In this document: one piece after another, positions 54,381 to 63,152 of the stretch | How the letters are laid out: every line of letters begins with the position of its first letter | How positions within the stretch are numbered: position 1 is the first letter of the stretch | Assembly: GCA_946186925.1 (NCBI GenBank) | Contig: CAMHPA010000010.1 | Location: forward strand, 2,595-66,594 | DNA: 64,000 nt | Reading direction: 5' to 3' | Origin: an uncultured Bacteroidota bacterium | GTDB taxonomy: Bacteria; Bacteroidota; Bacteroidia; Bacteroidales; SZUA-534 | Translations under genes and position numbers: made by a program | The notes under the pieces: generated by a model | Databases searched by the model: none | Told to the model about the DNA's origin: nothing | The model's input: only the letters and a program-made list of their open reading frames with translations

Positions 54381-54941
54381 CTTTTAAACATTTTATATGA
54401 CTGAATTAATGTTGATGCCGTTATTCGTCAGATTGCCAACGTTTTAAAAACGCGAATGTTCTCGTTGGCAAACAAATGATACGCAAGGCAAAAGAAAGAA
54501 TTTTTTGCTAAATAATTCAAAGTAAATACGCCCAAAAAAAGAGATTGCGTGTGTGTTACCGGGCAGAATAGCAACAATGACACAAATATAGGCAAATGCG
54601 ATTTCGGCACCGAATGCGGAAATGGGCAGCAAGCGGTGCAGACGGCTGCGCAACATGGCGCAATAAATAGATTTTGCTAAATGATTCATTTTCGCGAAAC
54701 ATTATCTGACTACATAAAAAAATCAGCATAGCGCCATAAAAAGAAACCTTTGAACAAGAATACCGATTATTTTTGGCGGATAATGAAATTGATATTGACG
54801 AAAATAATTCTGAAGGATTGAAGGGCTCCGCATTTTGAGCAAAGGACTTGCTGTGACGTATTCGCAGGCCGATGACCTATGGTTATGATTGTCGCGGCTT
54901 TTCAAGCCTTACATTTTGAAACAAATTAAAAACATTAAATA

Positions 54942-56027
54942 ATGAATCTTTTTCCCGCTCTCGAAAAGCAATACACCAAAGAGCACCAATCGGCTCTTGA
55001 GGCGCAACGTTTGGCACATTTCATTGCCGGTGCGCCGGTGGTTTTTCAGGTCTCGCGCCTGATGATTAAATTCGGAATCCTTAAGGCTCTCGCCGATAAT
55101 CGCAACGGACTGACTCAAACTGAGATAGCCACAAAATGCAAACTCACCGAGTATGCCGCGCAAGTGCTGCTCGAGGCGTCGCTCTCAATCGGCACTGTGA
55201 TTTTTGCCGACGAGCACTACAAAATCACCAAAGCCGGCTGGTTCCTTATCAACGACACAATGGTGAACGCCAATCTGAACTTTAATCACGATGTCAACTA
55301 TCTGGGACTGTTCCGGTTAGAGGAGTCGCTTTTGAACGGCAAACCCGAAGGTTTGAAGGTGTTCGGACAATGGCCAACCATTTACGAGGGTCTGTCGCAA
55401 CTGCCGCCCGAGGTGCAGAAAAGCTGGTTCGGTTTCGACCATTTCTACAGCGACAACTCGTTTGCCGAAGCCCTTCAAATCGTCTTCGCCAACCACCCGC
55501 GCACGCTGCTCGACGTTGGCGGCAACACCGGCCGCTGGGCCACGCAGTGCGTCACGTTCGACAAGGATGTGAATGTCACCATTATGGACCTTCCGCAGCA
55601 GATTGAGATGATGAAAAAGCAGACCGCCGGGCTCGACGGCGCCGACCGCATTCACGGCCACGGAGCCAACCTGCTCGACCCCGCAGTGCCGTTCCCAACA
55701 GGGTTTGACGCCATTTGGATGAGTCAGTTCCTTGACTGCTTCTCGGAGGCCGAAGTGACTAGCATTCTCACCCGCGCCGCACGCTCGATGACGAAGGACA
55801 GCACCGTCTTCATTATGGAGACCTTCTGGGACCGCCAACGTTTCGAGACCGCCGCCTTCGACCTGACAATGACAAGCGTTTATTTCACCGCCCTTGCCAA
55901 CGGCAACAGCAAAATGTATCATTCCGACGATATGAAGCGCTGCATTGAGGCCGCCGGCCTGCAAGTGACTGCAATGCACGACGGCGTCGGCCTTGGCCAC
56001 ACCATTGTGGAGTGCAAGGTGAAGTGA
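54942..56027 (+). CDS. class I SAM-dependent O-methyltransferase (winged-helix dimerisation domain + MT domain)
   Basis: LLDVGGNTGRWA (motif I), a preceding HTH-like region and MSQFLDCFSE are present. Confidence 0.8.
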   Translation: MNLFPALEKQYTKEHQSALEAQRLAHFIAGAPVVFQVSRLMIKFGILKALADNRNGLTQTEIATKCKLTEYAAQVLLEASLSIGTVIFADEHYKITKAGWFLINDTMVNANLNFNHDVNYLGLFRLEESLLNGKPEGLKVFGQWPTIYEGLSQLPPEVQKSWFGFDHFYSDNSFAEALQIVFANHPRTLLDVGGNTGRWATQCVTFDKDVNVTIMDLPQQIEMMKKQTAGLDGADRIHGHGANLLDPAVPFPTGFDAIWMSQFLDCFSEAEVTSILTRAARSMTKDSTVFIMETFWDRQRFETAAFDLTMTSVYFTALANGNSKMYHSDDMKRCIEAAGLQVTAMHDGVGLGHTIVECKVK

Positions 56028-56103
56028 TTGAGGGAAAGAAGTCCCGGTAGCTATCGGGATGAATGTGTGAAGGCGTGAACTTTATTGCAAAGTGTTGCCA
56101 ATG

Positions 56104-56236
56104 CCAAACATTTTGAGATTTTGGTCATTTTTAACCAAAAATATTTTGAGATTTTTGACAAAATTGCCATTTTAGGTCAAACACTTTGAGATTTTGGTCA
56201 TTTTTAGCCAAAAACATTTTGAGATTTTTGACAAAG
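56104..56236 (+). repeat. two copies of a ~60-nt unit (period ~73 nt), each holding two TTTGAGATTTT sub-repeats and a TTTTGG-N10-CCAAAA inverted repeat
   Basis: TTTGAGATTTT occurs at 56112, 56145, 56185 and 56218. Units 56104-56163 and 56178-56236 are nearly identical. The array ends 33 nt upstream of the ATPase ATG. Confidence 0.85.
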
Positions 56237-56268
56237 ACTTTTATTTTGTATCATAAATTTTGTGTGTT

Positions 56269-57609
56269 ATGGCAGAGATGATTTTCAAACGCAAGTTGTA
56301 CGAAAAAATGCTTCAATGGAAAAGCGAGCGCAACGGTAGTACGGCTTTGCTTATCAAAGGTGCACGGCGTGTAGGCAAATCGACACTTGCTCTTGAGTTC
56401 GCAAAAAACGAATACGAAAATTATCTATGCATTGATTTTATTGAGGCTCCGCAGGTTGTAAGAGATTTGTTTGCTGATATTTCCGACCTTGACAAAATTT
56501 TCTTCTGGCTGCAATATCACTACAATGTCAAACTTGTCGAGCGCAAGTCGGTTATAATTTTCGACGAGGTTCAGAATTGCCCGTTGGCGCGTCAAGCTAT
56601 ACGCAAACTTGTCAACGATGGCAGGTATGATTATATTGAAACAGGTTCGCTCATCTCCATAAGGAAAAACATCCAAAATATCCGAATTCCAAGTGAAGAA
56701 ACCCGCTTGACTTTATATCCGTTAGATTATGAAGAATTTAGGTGGGCCTTAGGCGATTCGGTTACGATTCCAATGATGAAGGAGGCCTTCTCCAGAAAAA
56801 TGTCTATGGGCGATGCCATTGTCAGACAAATGATGCGTGATTTCAGGCTATATATGTTAGTGGGCGGAATGCCGCAAGCTGTTGAAACATATCTAAGTAC
56901 CAATAATTTGGAGCTTGTTGACGAAAAAAAGAGAGAGATACTCGAACTTTATGCCGACGATTTCCACAAAATTGACCCAACTGGCCGAGCCACACGCATT
57001 TTTCATTCCATTCCAGGGCAGCTTGGTAAAAACGCTTCTAGATACAACATATCCAGCGTTTTAGAGAACAACCGACAAAGCCGTGTCGAGGAGTTGCTGC
57101 AGGATATGGAGGACTCACAGGTTGTACTTATGTCGTACCATTCCAACGACCCCAATGTTGGAATGTCGCTGTTCGCCGACTCAAACAAATTCAAGATGTT
57201 CTTAAACGACACAGGCCTTTTTATAACGCTTGCCTTTAAGGATAAAAGTGCAACTGAAAATTTGATTTACAACAAGTTGCTTAACGACAAACTCTCTGCC
57301 GACCTTGGATATGTTTATGAAAACATTGTCGCCCAAATGCTTAAGGCGGCTGGAAATGAATTGTTTTATCACACGTGGCCCACTGAAAGCGGAAAACACA
57401 ACTATGAGATAGATTTTCTATTGTCGCGAGGAAACAAAATCTGCCCCATTGAGGTTAAATCTTCGGGTTATAAAAAGCATTCTTCGCTCGATGCCTTTTA
57501 CAACAAGTTTTCCGACAGAATCTCGTCGCGTTATTTGGTTTACACCAAAGATTTTCGATGCGAAGGCGACATTCTTATGGTTCCTGTTTTTATGACAATG
57601 TTTTTATAA
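56269..57609 (+). CDS. orphan P-loop ATPase, AAA_14 + DUF4143 type
   Basis: Walker A is LLIKGARRVGKST and Walker B is IIFDEVQNCPLARQAIRKL. The tail is DUF4143-like. The ATG at 56269 is preferred. Confidence 0.8.
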   Translation: MAEMIFKRKLYEKMLQWKSERNGSTALLIKGARRVGKSTLALEFAKNEYENYLCIDFIEAPQVVRDLFADISDLDKIFFWLQYHYNVKLVERKSVIIFDEVQNCPLARQAIRKLVNDGRYDYIETGSLISIRKNIQNIRIPSEETRLTLYPLDYEEFRWALGDSVTIPMMKEAFSRKMSMGDAIVRQMMRDFRLYMLVGGMPQAVETYLSTNNLELVDEKKREILELYADDFHKIDPTGRATRIFHSIPGQLGKNASRYNISSVLENNRQSRVEELLQDMEDSQVVLMSYHSNDPNVGMSLFADSNKFKMFLNDTGLFITLAFKDKSATENLIYNKLLNDKLSADLGYVYENIVAQMLKAAGNELFYHTWPTESGKHNYEIDFLLSRGNKICPIEVKSSGYKKHSSLDAFYNKFSDRISSRYLVYTKDFRCEGDILMVPVFMTMFL

Positions 57610-57664
57610 TCGGTGCTCATTTATTTGCCAAATATCAAGGTTAAACGTTTATCCAATAATTTAG

Positions 57665-57672
57665 TAGTTTTG
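57665..57672 (+). promoter_or_regulatory. Bacteroidetes -7 box TAgtTTTG
   Basis: Exact TAnnTTTG match, ending 20 nt upstream of the GTG at 57692. This is probably the promoter of the lipid/polyene operon. Confidence 0.45.
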
Positions 57673-57691
57673 CGCACTAAAAATTTTCGAC

Positions 57692-58120
57692 GTGCAAAAC
57701 GATACGGTTTATTCCGACATTCTGAAACTCATCCCGCAGCGCCCGCCAATGGTTATGGTGGACGCCTTCTACGGCATTGAGGACGGTGTGTCGCGGTCGG
57801 GGTTGACGGTGGCCGACGGCAACATCTTCTGCAAGGGCGGACGGCTGCGCGAGCCTGGCATTGTGGAGCACATTGCGCAATCGGCGGCGGCCCGCGTGGG
57901 CTACATTTTCACGCAGCGCGGAGAGCAGGTGCCGCTGGGGTTCATTGGGTCGGTTGACAAACTGACAATCAGCCACTTGCCGAAGGTGGGCAGCCAAATG
58001 CAGACCGAAATCAGCGTGCTGCAGGAAATGGGCGGACTGTCGCTCATATCGGCGAAGACCGAAGACAACGACGGAACAGTGGCCGAGTGCCGAATGAAAA
58101 TTTTTCTTAAAATCGACTAA
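57692..58120 (+). CDS. hotdog-fold 3-hydroxyacyl-ACP dehydratase (FabZ-like, aryl-polyene cluster type)
   Basis: It has LIPQRPPMVMVD...GIVEHIAQSAAA and a GTG start. The long antisense ORF 57677-58606 is rejected. Confidence 0.75.
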   Translation: MQNDTVYSDILKLIPQRPPMVMVDAFYGIEDGVSRSGLTVADGNIFCKGGRLREPGIVEHIAQSAAARVGYIFTQRGEQVPLGFIGSVDKLTISHLPKVGSQMQTEISVLQEMGGLSLISAKTEDNDGTVAECRMKIFLKID

Positions 58121-58135
58121 AGGAAATTGTTGATA

Positions 58136-58585
58136 ATGAAGACGAAAAACAAAATACGCGAAGCCGTTCTCACCGACCGCAAGACCATCACCGTAAGGTT
58201 CAGCGAGGTTGACGCTATGCAGGTGGTGTGGCACGGCGAGTACATCCGATACTTTGAGGACGGGCGCGAGTCGTTTGGCAAACACTACGACGGCCTGAAA
58301 TATATGGACATTTTCAACAGCGGATTCCTGGCGCCAATGGTTGAACTGAACTGCCAATACAAGCAGTCGCTCACGTTTGGCGAGGAGGCCATCATTGAGA
58401 CGCGATACATCCGCACGGCGGCGGCGAAGATTATGTTCGACTACACCATCTACCGCGCGTCGGACAACACGGTGGCCGCCACGGGCAGTTCGGTTCAGGT
58501 GTTTGTGAACGCCCAAACGCGCGAACTTGAACTGAACAACCCGCCGTTCTACGCCGATTGGCAGAAACGTTGGATAAAAGATTGA
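58136..58585 (+). CDS. 4HBT/YbgC-like acyl-CoA (acyl-ACP) thioesterase
   Basis: ITVRFSEVDAMQVVWHGEYIRYFEDGRE is the typical hotdog thioesterase N-terminus. Confidence 0.8.
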   Translation: MKTKNKIREAVLTDRKTITVRFSEVDAMQVVWHGEYIRYFEDGRESFGKHYDGLKYMDIFNSGFLAPMVELNCQYKQSLTFGEEAIIETRYIRTAAAKIMFDYTIYRASDNTVAATGSSVQVFVNAQTRELELNNPPFYADWQKRWIKD

Positions 58586-58611
58586 CCTACAGCCAAAAGC
58601 AAACATCAGAA

Positions 58612-60498
58612 ATGAAGATTTACATAAACGCCGACTCGATTGTAACGCCGATAGGATTCGGCACGCAGGAGAACCTTGCGGCGCTCTGCTCGTACCGAAG
58701 CGGGCTCACGAATCACACCACATCCGACGTGTCGGACACGCCGATTGTTATGTCGGAGTTTCACGACCACTCTATCAGGCTTGAGTCGAAGATTCTCGAC
58801 CTGGAATCGCAATACACCAAATTTGAGCGACTGGTGATAATGGCCATCACCGACATTCTGGACCAAACGCATATCGATTTGGAAGACAAGACGGTAGGCA
58901 TTGTCATTTCAACCACAAAAGGAAACTCGGTGCTGATTGACCACACCGCGGAGTCGCAGGACGGGCGCGTGTCGCTCTGGAAGACATCGGACCGCATCGG
59001 GCGCTATTTTGGTGCGGCCAACCGTCCGATTATCGTGTCAAACGCCTGCATATCAGGTCTTTCGGCAATGATTGTGGGCAAGCGGCTAATTGAGGCGGGC
59101 GTGTACGAGAGCGTGATTGTGGCGGGCTGCGACGTGCTCACCCACTTCATCACGAGCGGTTTCAAGTCGTTCAAATCGTTGAGCGCCAAACGCTGCGTGC
59201 CGTTCGACGCGCGCCGCGACGGCCTGAACCTAGGCGAGGGCGCGGGTGCCGTGCTGCTGTCGCCAAACTACGACGAGAACAGCATTCTGCTGGCGGGCGG
59301 CGCCATCAGCAACGACGCCAACCATATTTCGGGCCCGTCGCGCACGGGCTACGAACTGAACCTGGCCATCCGCGGGGCAATGCGCGAGGCTGGCGTGGAG
59401 CCCGCCGACATCAGTTTTGTGAACACTCACGGCACTGCCACCGTCTACAACGACGAAATGGAGTCGAAAGCCGTGACGCTGGCCGAACTGCAAAACTGCC
59501 CCGTGCAAAGCCTGAAGCCGTATTTCGGTCACACGCTGGGCGCGTCGGGAATCATTGAGGCCATTGTCTGCGCCCACGAACTGCGAATGGGAACAGTTTT
59601 TGGCACATTCGGTTACGAGAGGCCTGGCACGCCAATGCCGCTCAAGGTTTCGGCCGAGCATCAGCGAATCAGGAAAATGCGCCACTGCGTGAAAACAGCG
59701 TCGGGATTTGGGGGCTGCAATGCCGCCATTGTGCTGTCGCTTCCGCAATACGCCAAACCCGAACTCGAAACGCAGCCCGCACAGTTGCGGAGCATACGGT
59801 CGATTTCGGTTTTCAACTCGCAGATTAAAGTCGGCAAGCGGATTGTATTCTCTTCGAAATCAACCGAATACGGAACGTTCATCCGCGAGGCGTTCAAGAA
59901 ACTCGGCGACGAGAATCTGAAGTTCTACAAAATGGACAATCTGTGCAAACTGGGCTATGTGGCGGCTGGTTATCTGCTTAACAATGTAGAGTTTAAGCCC
60001 GAAGAAATGGGCATAATCGTTATGAATGCCGTGGGCTCGCTCGACACCGACCTTGACCACGAGCGCATCATCAGCGAGCAGGGCGACGCAATGGCAAGCC
60101 CGTCGGTGTTCGTCTACACGCTGCCGAACGTGGTGGTGGGCGAAATCTGCATCCGCTACAAAATCAAGGGCGAAAACACCTTCTTCATCCGCGAGGGGCA
60201 CGAGAGCGAGGTGACAATGAAATATATTGAGAAGGCAATGGAGCGTCAGAATCTGCGCTACTGCATTACGGGCTGGCTCGAACTGATTGGCTCGCGCTAC
60301 AGAGTGAATCTCAATCTGTTGGAAAATACTGGTTTTAAGGGAGATAAAGGCGATACGATAGAAACGGCGGAGGCTGCAGAAGTTGAGAAACCGCGCAAGC
60401 CACGGCGAAAGCCAACTAAACCAAAAGCGGCTGGAAATGAGCAGGTTGACGGCGAAGATTTTTTAACTACGGAAAGCACGAAAAACACGGAAAAATAA
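58612..60498 (+). CDS. beta-ketoacyl synthase fused to a CLF-like second domain, with a Lys/Glu-rich tail
   Basis: The KS triad is present: VSNACISGLSAM, NTHGTATVYND and FGHTLGASG. The second half lacks an active-site Cys (SPSVFVYTLPNVVVGEICIRYKIKGEN). The tail is EKPRKPRRKPTKPKAAGNEQ. Confidence 0.85.
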   Translation: MKIYINADSIVTPIGFGTQENLAALCSYRSGLTNHTTSDVSDTPIVMSEFHDHSIRLESKILDLESQYTKFERLVIMAITDILDQTHIDLEDKTVGIVISTTKGNSVLIDHTAESQDGRVSLWKTSDRIGRYFGAANRPIIVSNACISGLSAMIVGKRLIEAGVYESVIVAGCDVLTHFITSGFKSFKSLSAKRCVPFDARRDGLNLGEGAGAVLLSPNYDENSILLAGGAISNDANHISGPSRTGYELNLAIRGAMREAGVEPADISFVNTHGTATVYNDEMESKAVTLAELQNCPVQSLKPYFGHTLGASGIIEAIVCAHELRMGTVFGTFGYERPGTPMPLKVSAEHQRIRKMRHCVKTASGFGGCNAAIVLSLPQYAKPELETQPAQLRSIRSISVFNSQIKVGKRIVFSSKSTEYGTFIREAFKKLGDENLKFYKMDNLCKLGYVAAGYLLNNVEFKPEEMGIIVMNAVGSLDTDLDHERIISEQGDAMASPSVFVYTLPNVVVGEICIRYKIKGENTFFIREGHESEVTMKYIEKAMERQNLRYCITGWLELIGSRYRVNLNLLENTGFKGDKGDTIETAEAAEVEKPRKPRRKPTKPKAAGNEQVDGEDFLTTESTKNTEK

Positions 60499-60644
60499 TG
60501 TTGGAAAGCGGCGCAAGCGCCGACCAAACGCACGGAAATTTGAGTGCGAATATCGCGAAAGCGCAAAAATGAATAAATTGCTGACGGAAAGTACGAAATT
60601 TGAATTTGATAATTATTTGAAATACAACGCAATACTTTGAAACT

Positions 60645-60905
60645 ATGGAAGAATTGATTGAAAAACTTAAAGGCGAACTGATTGCCGAACTGAATCTTGA
60701 GGAGGTTACCCCCGCCGACATCGACGCTGAAGCACCGCTTTTCGGCGACGGCGGTCTGGGCTTGGATTCGATTGACGCACTGGAGATTATCTTGATTCTG
60801 GAGCGCAACTACGGCATCAAAATCGAGAATCCCGCACAGGGAAAAGAGATTTTCTACTCGGTGAAAACGCTGGCCGAATACATCACCGCCAACCAGAAAA
60901 AATAA
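60645..60905 (+). CDS. acyl carrier protein
   Basis: 86 aa, with the phosphopantetheine site in GGLGLDSIDALEIILILE. Confidence 0.92.
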   Translation: MEELIEKLKGELIAELNLEEVTPADIDAEAPLFGDGGLGLDSIDALEIILILERNYGIKIENPAQGKEIFYSVKTLAEYITANQKK

Positions 60906-62090
60906 ATGCGGATTGCGGTTACGGGACTCGGCGCGGTGTCGGGCATCGGCTTTGGTGTGAGGGAAAACATTGAGTCGTTGCGCACGGGGCGGCACGGAAC
61001 GGAGAAGCCACGGTTTTTCCAAACCACGCTCGACGTGCCCGTGTCGGAAGTGAAAGCGACGAACGCCGAACTCGCCACACGCTTGAATCTCAATCCTGAA
61101 CGCACCTATTCGCGCACCGCGCTGCTGGGGCTTATGGCCGCACGTGAGGCTGTGGCCGACGCTGGCATCGACGTCAGCAAAAAGCGCGTGGGCTTCATTT
61201 CATCCACTTCGGTGGGCGGAATGGACTTGAGCGAGGTGTTTTACAACGATTTCCGCACCGACCATAACCGCGGACGGCTGCGAATGGTGAGCCAGCACGA
61301 CTGCGGCGCAAGCACCGAAATGATTGCCCGCGAGTTGGGCATTGGCGGTTTCCAAACCACCATCAGCACGGCGTGCTCGTCGGCGGGCAACGCCATTATG
61401 CTTGGCGCGAGAATGCTGCAGCACAATATGCTTGACGCTGTTGTGGCTGGCGGCACCGACGCGCTCTGCAAGTTCACGCTGAACGGATTCGGCTCGCTAA
61501 TGATTCTCGACAAAGAGCACTGCCGCCCGTTCGACGCTACTCGCGCAGGACTGAACCTTGGCGAGGGCGCGGGCTACATTGTTTTGCAGCGCAGCGAGGA
61601 CGCCGCGCGCGCACCTTACTGTCTTTTAACTGGTTACGCCAATGCTAACGACGCCTACCACCAAACGGGCTGCTCGCCCGAGGGCAACGGTGCCTTCGGC
61701 TCAATGAGCGCTGCAATGGCGGTGGCAGGTTTGCAACCGTCTGATATTGATTATATCAACGTTCACGGCACTGCCACACCCAACAACGACCTTTCGGAAG
61801 CCACTGCCATACGCCGCATTTTCGGCAACCGCGTGCCGCCGTTCAGTTCGGTGAAGGCGTTCATCGGCCACACACTGGGCGCGTCGGAAGGCATTGAGGC
61901 TGTATATTCGGCTCTGTCAGTGAAAAATGGATACGTTTATCCGAACCTGAACTTTAAGTCGGCTGACGAGGCCATCGGGCTTGCGCCTGAAACCGAATTT
62001 GCCGAAGGACGCCGCGTGCGCAACGTGCTGTCGAACGCTTTCGGGTTCGGCGGAAACGATACGTCGCTGGTGTTTTCACGGGCCGACTGA
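60906..62090 (+). CDS. beta-ketoacyl-ACP synthase (KAS I/II type)
   Basis: ISTACSSAGNAI (Cys), VHGTATPNND (His) and IGHTLGASEG (His) are present. It starts directly after the ACP stop. Confidence 0.9.
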   Translation: MRIAVTGLGAVSGIGFGVRENIESLRTGRHGTEKPRFFQTTLDVPVSEVKATNAELATRLNLNPERTYSRTALLGLMAAREAVADAGIDVSKKRVGFISSTSVGGMDLSEVFYNDFRTDHNRGRLRMVSQHDCGASTEMIARELGIGGFQTTISTACSSAGNAIMLGARMLQHNMLDAVVAGGTDALCKFTLNGFGSLMILDKEHCRPFDATRAGLNLGEGAGYIVLQRSEDAARAPYCLLTGYANANDAYHQTGCSPEGNGAFGSMSAAMAVAGLQPSDIDYINVHGTATPNNDLSEATAIRRIFGNRVPPFSSVKAFIGHTLGASEGIEAVYSALSVKNGYVYPNLNFKSADEAIGLAPETEFAEGRRVRNVLSNAFGFGGNDTSLVFSRAD

Positions 62091-62173
62091 CACAAAATAT
62101 TAAACCACGAGAAACACTGAAAAACAATTAAATACAAAGCAGCGCAAGCGCTGACGGAAAACGCAGAAGCAAA

Positions 62174-63079
62174 ATGAAACCTGTCTACATCACACGAACC
62201 TGCCAAATTGCTAACGACCAACTCGTTATGGACGGCGTTGAGGCTGTGCTCGATTACAAGGAAATTATTGCCGACCCCGCGCTGCGCCGCCGTATGAGCC
62301 GAATTGTAAAAATGGGCGTGGCCTGCGGTCTGAAGTGCATTGAGGGACTGGCACCCGAAAGCATCGACGCCATTATCACGGCCACTGGATTCGGCTGTCT
62401 GGCTGATACTGAGAAGTTTATCGAGTCGATTGTGGCCAACAACGAGCGGCTTCTGAACCCCACGCCGTTCATTCAGTCCACCTTCAACACCATTGGCGGA
62501 CAGATTGCCTTGCTGCGCGGAATTCACTCATACAATGTCACTTACGCCCACCGCGGATTGAGTTTCGAGTGTGCGCTGATTGACGCTGCAATGCAGGTGA
62601 ACGAGGGCAAAAAGAATGTTCTGCTTGGCGCGATTGACGAGATTACCACTTCGTCGGCCGACATTCAACGCCGCCTTGGAATGACGCGCGAATATGAGTT
62701 GAGCGAAGGTGCTAACTTCTTTGTTCTGAATGCCGCCACTTCAGGCAACGGCCAACCGGCCGTACTCGACATTGACACTCGCACTGGCAGCATGTCCGAT
62801 GATGAAACAGTTGAATGGATTACCGAAATGGTAAAACGTAACGGTATAAATGTAGACGATTTATGCATTGTGGCCAACTGCAATGCCGCAACCGCTGACA
62901 ACATTGCCAACCAATTGCCGCTGAAAAACGAGCCATTACAGTTCAAAACATGCGACTACCCGACACTATCGGCACGGGCTTTGGATTTTGCAATAAACAA
63001 TTCTACAGCCAATAACACACTGATAATAAGCGATTACCAACATATAAACCATTCGCTGATTCTATTAGGCAGGATTTAG
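62174..63079 (+). CDS. KS-like chain-length-factor type protein (no catalytic Cys-His-His)
   Basis: It is thiolase-fold-like (IITATGFGCLADTEKF, NPTPFIQSTFNTIGGQIAL) but lacks KS catalytic motifs. This is typical of aryl-polyene/flexirubin clusters. Confidence 0.7.
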   Translation: MKPVYITRTCQIANDQLVMDGVEAVLDYKEIIADPALRRRMSRIVKMGVACGLKCIEGLAPESIDAIITATGFGCLADTEKFIESIVANNERLLNPTPFIQSTFNTIGGQIALLRGIHSYNVTYAHRGLSFECALIDAAMQVNEGKKNVLLGAIDEITTSSADIQRRLGMTREYELSEGANFFVLNAATSGNGQPAVLDIDTRTGSMSDDETVEWITEMVKRNGINVDDLCIVANCNAATADNIANQLPLKNEPLQFKTCDYPTLSARALDFAINNSTANNTLIISDYQHINHSLILLGRI

Positions 63080-63152
63080 GATTTTAAACTTGTTAAACAG
63101 CGAAGCGTTTAAACCTGTTCAACTTTAAACCTTACAATTCACCAAAGGAAAA

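Noticed and set aside
54444-54689. 81-aa minus-strand ORF in the long spacer, possibly a small membrane protein.
   Set aside because: - No promoter box or plausible start context.
- Composition is typical of non-coding DNA.
- It overlaps the direct and inverted repeats.

I kept it only as a note under the spacer finding.
57677-58606. 309-aa minus-strand ORF. Other long antisense ORFs of the same kind are 12089-13519, 11030-11908, 29347-30270, 17931-18824, 25092-25916, 20884-21711, 4515-5171, 10307-10933, 41804-42514, 53376-54056, 55317-56000, 60297-61022, 61937-62527 and 63132-63758.
   Set aside because: Each lies antisense to a gene with strong family motifs. Their translations are Arg/His/Val/Ala-rich with no recognisable motifs, as is typical of open antisense frames in GC-richer coding DNA.
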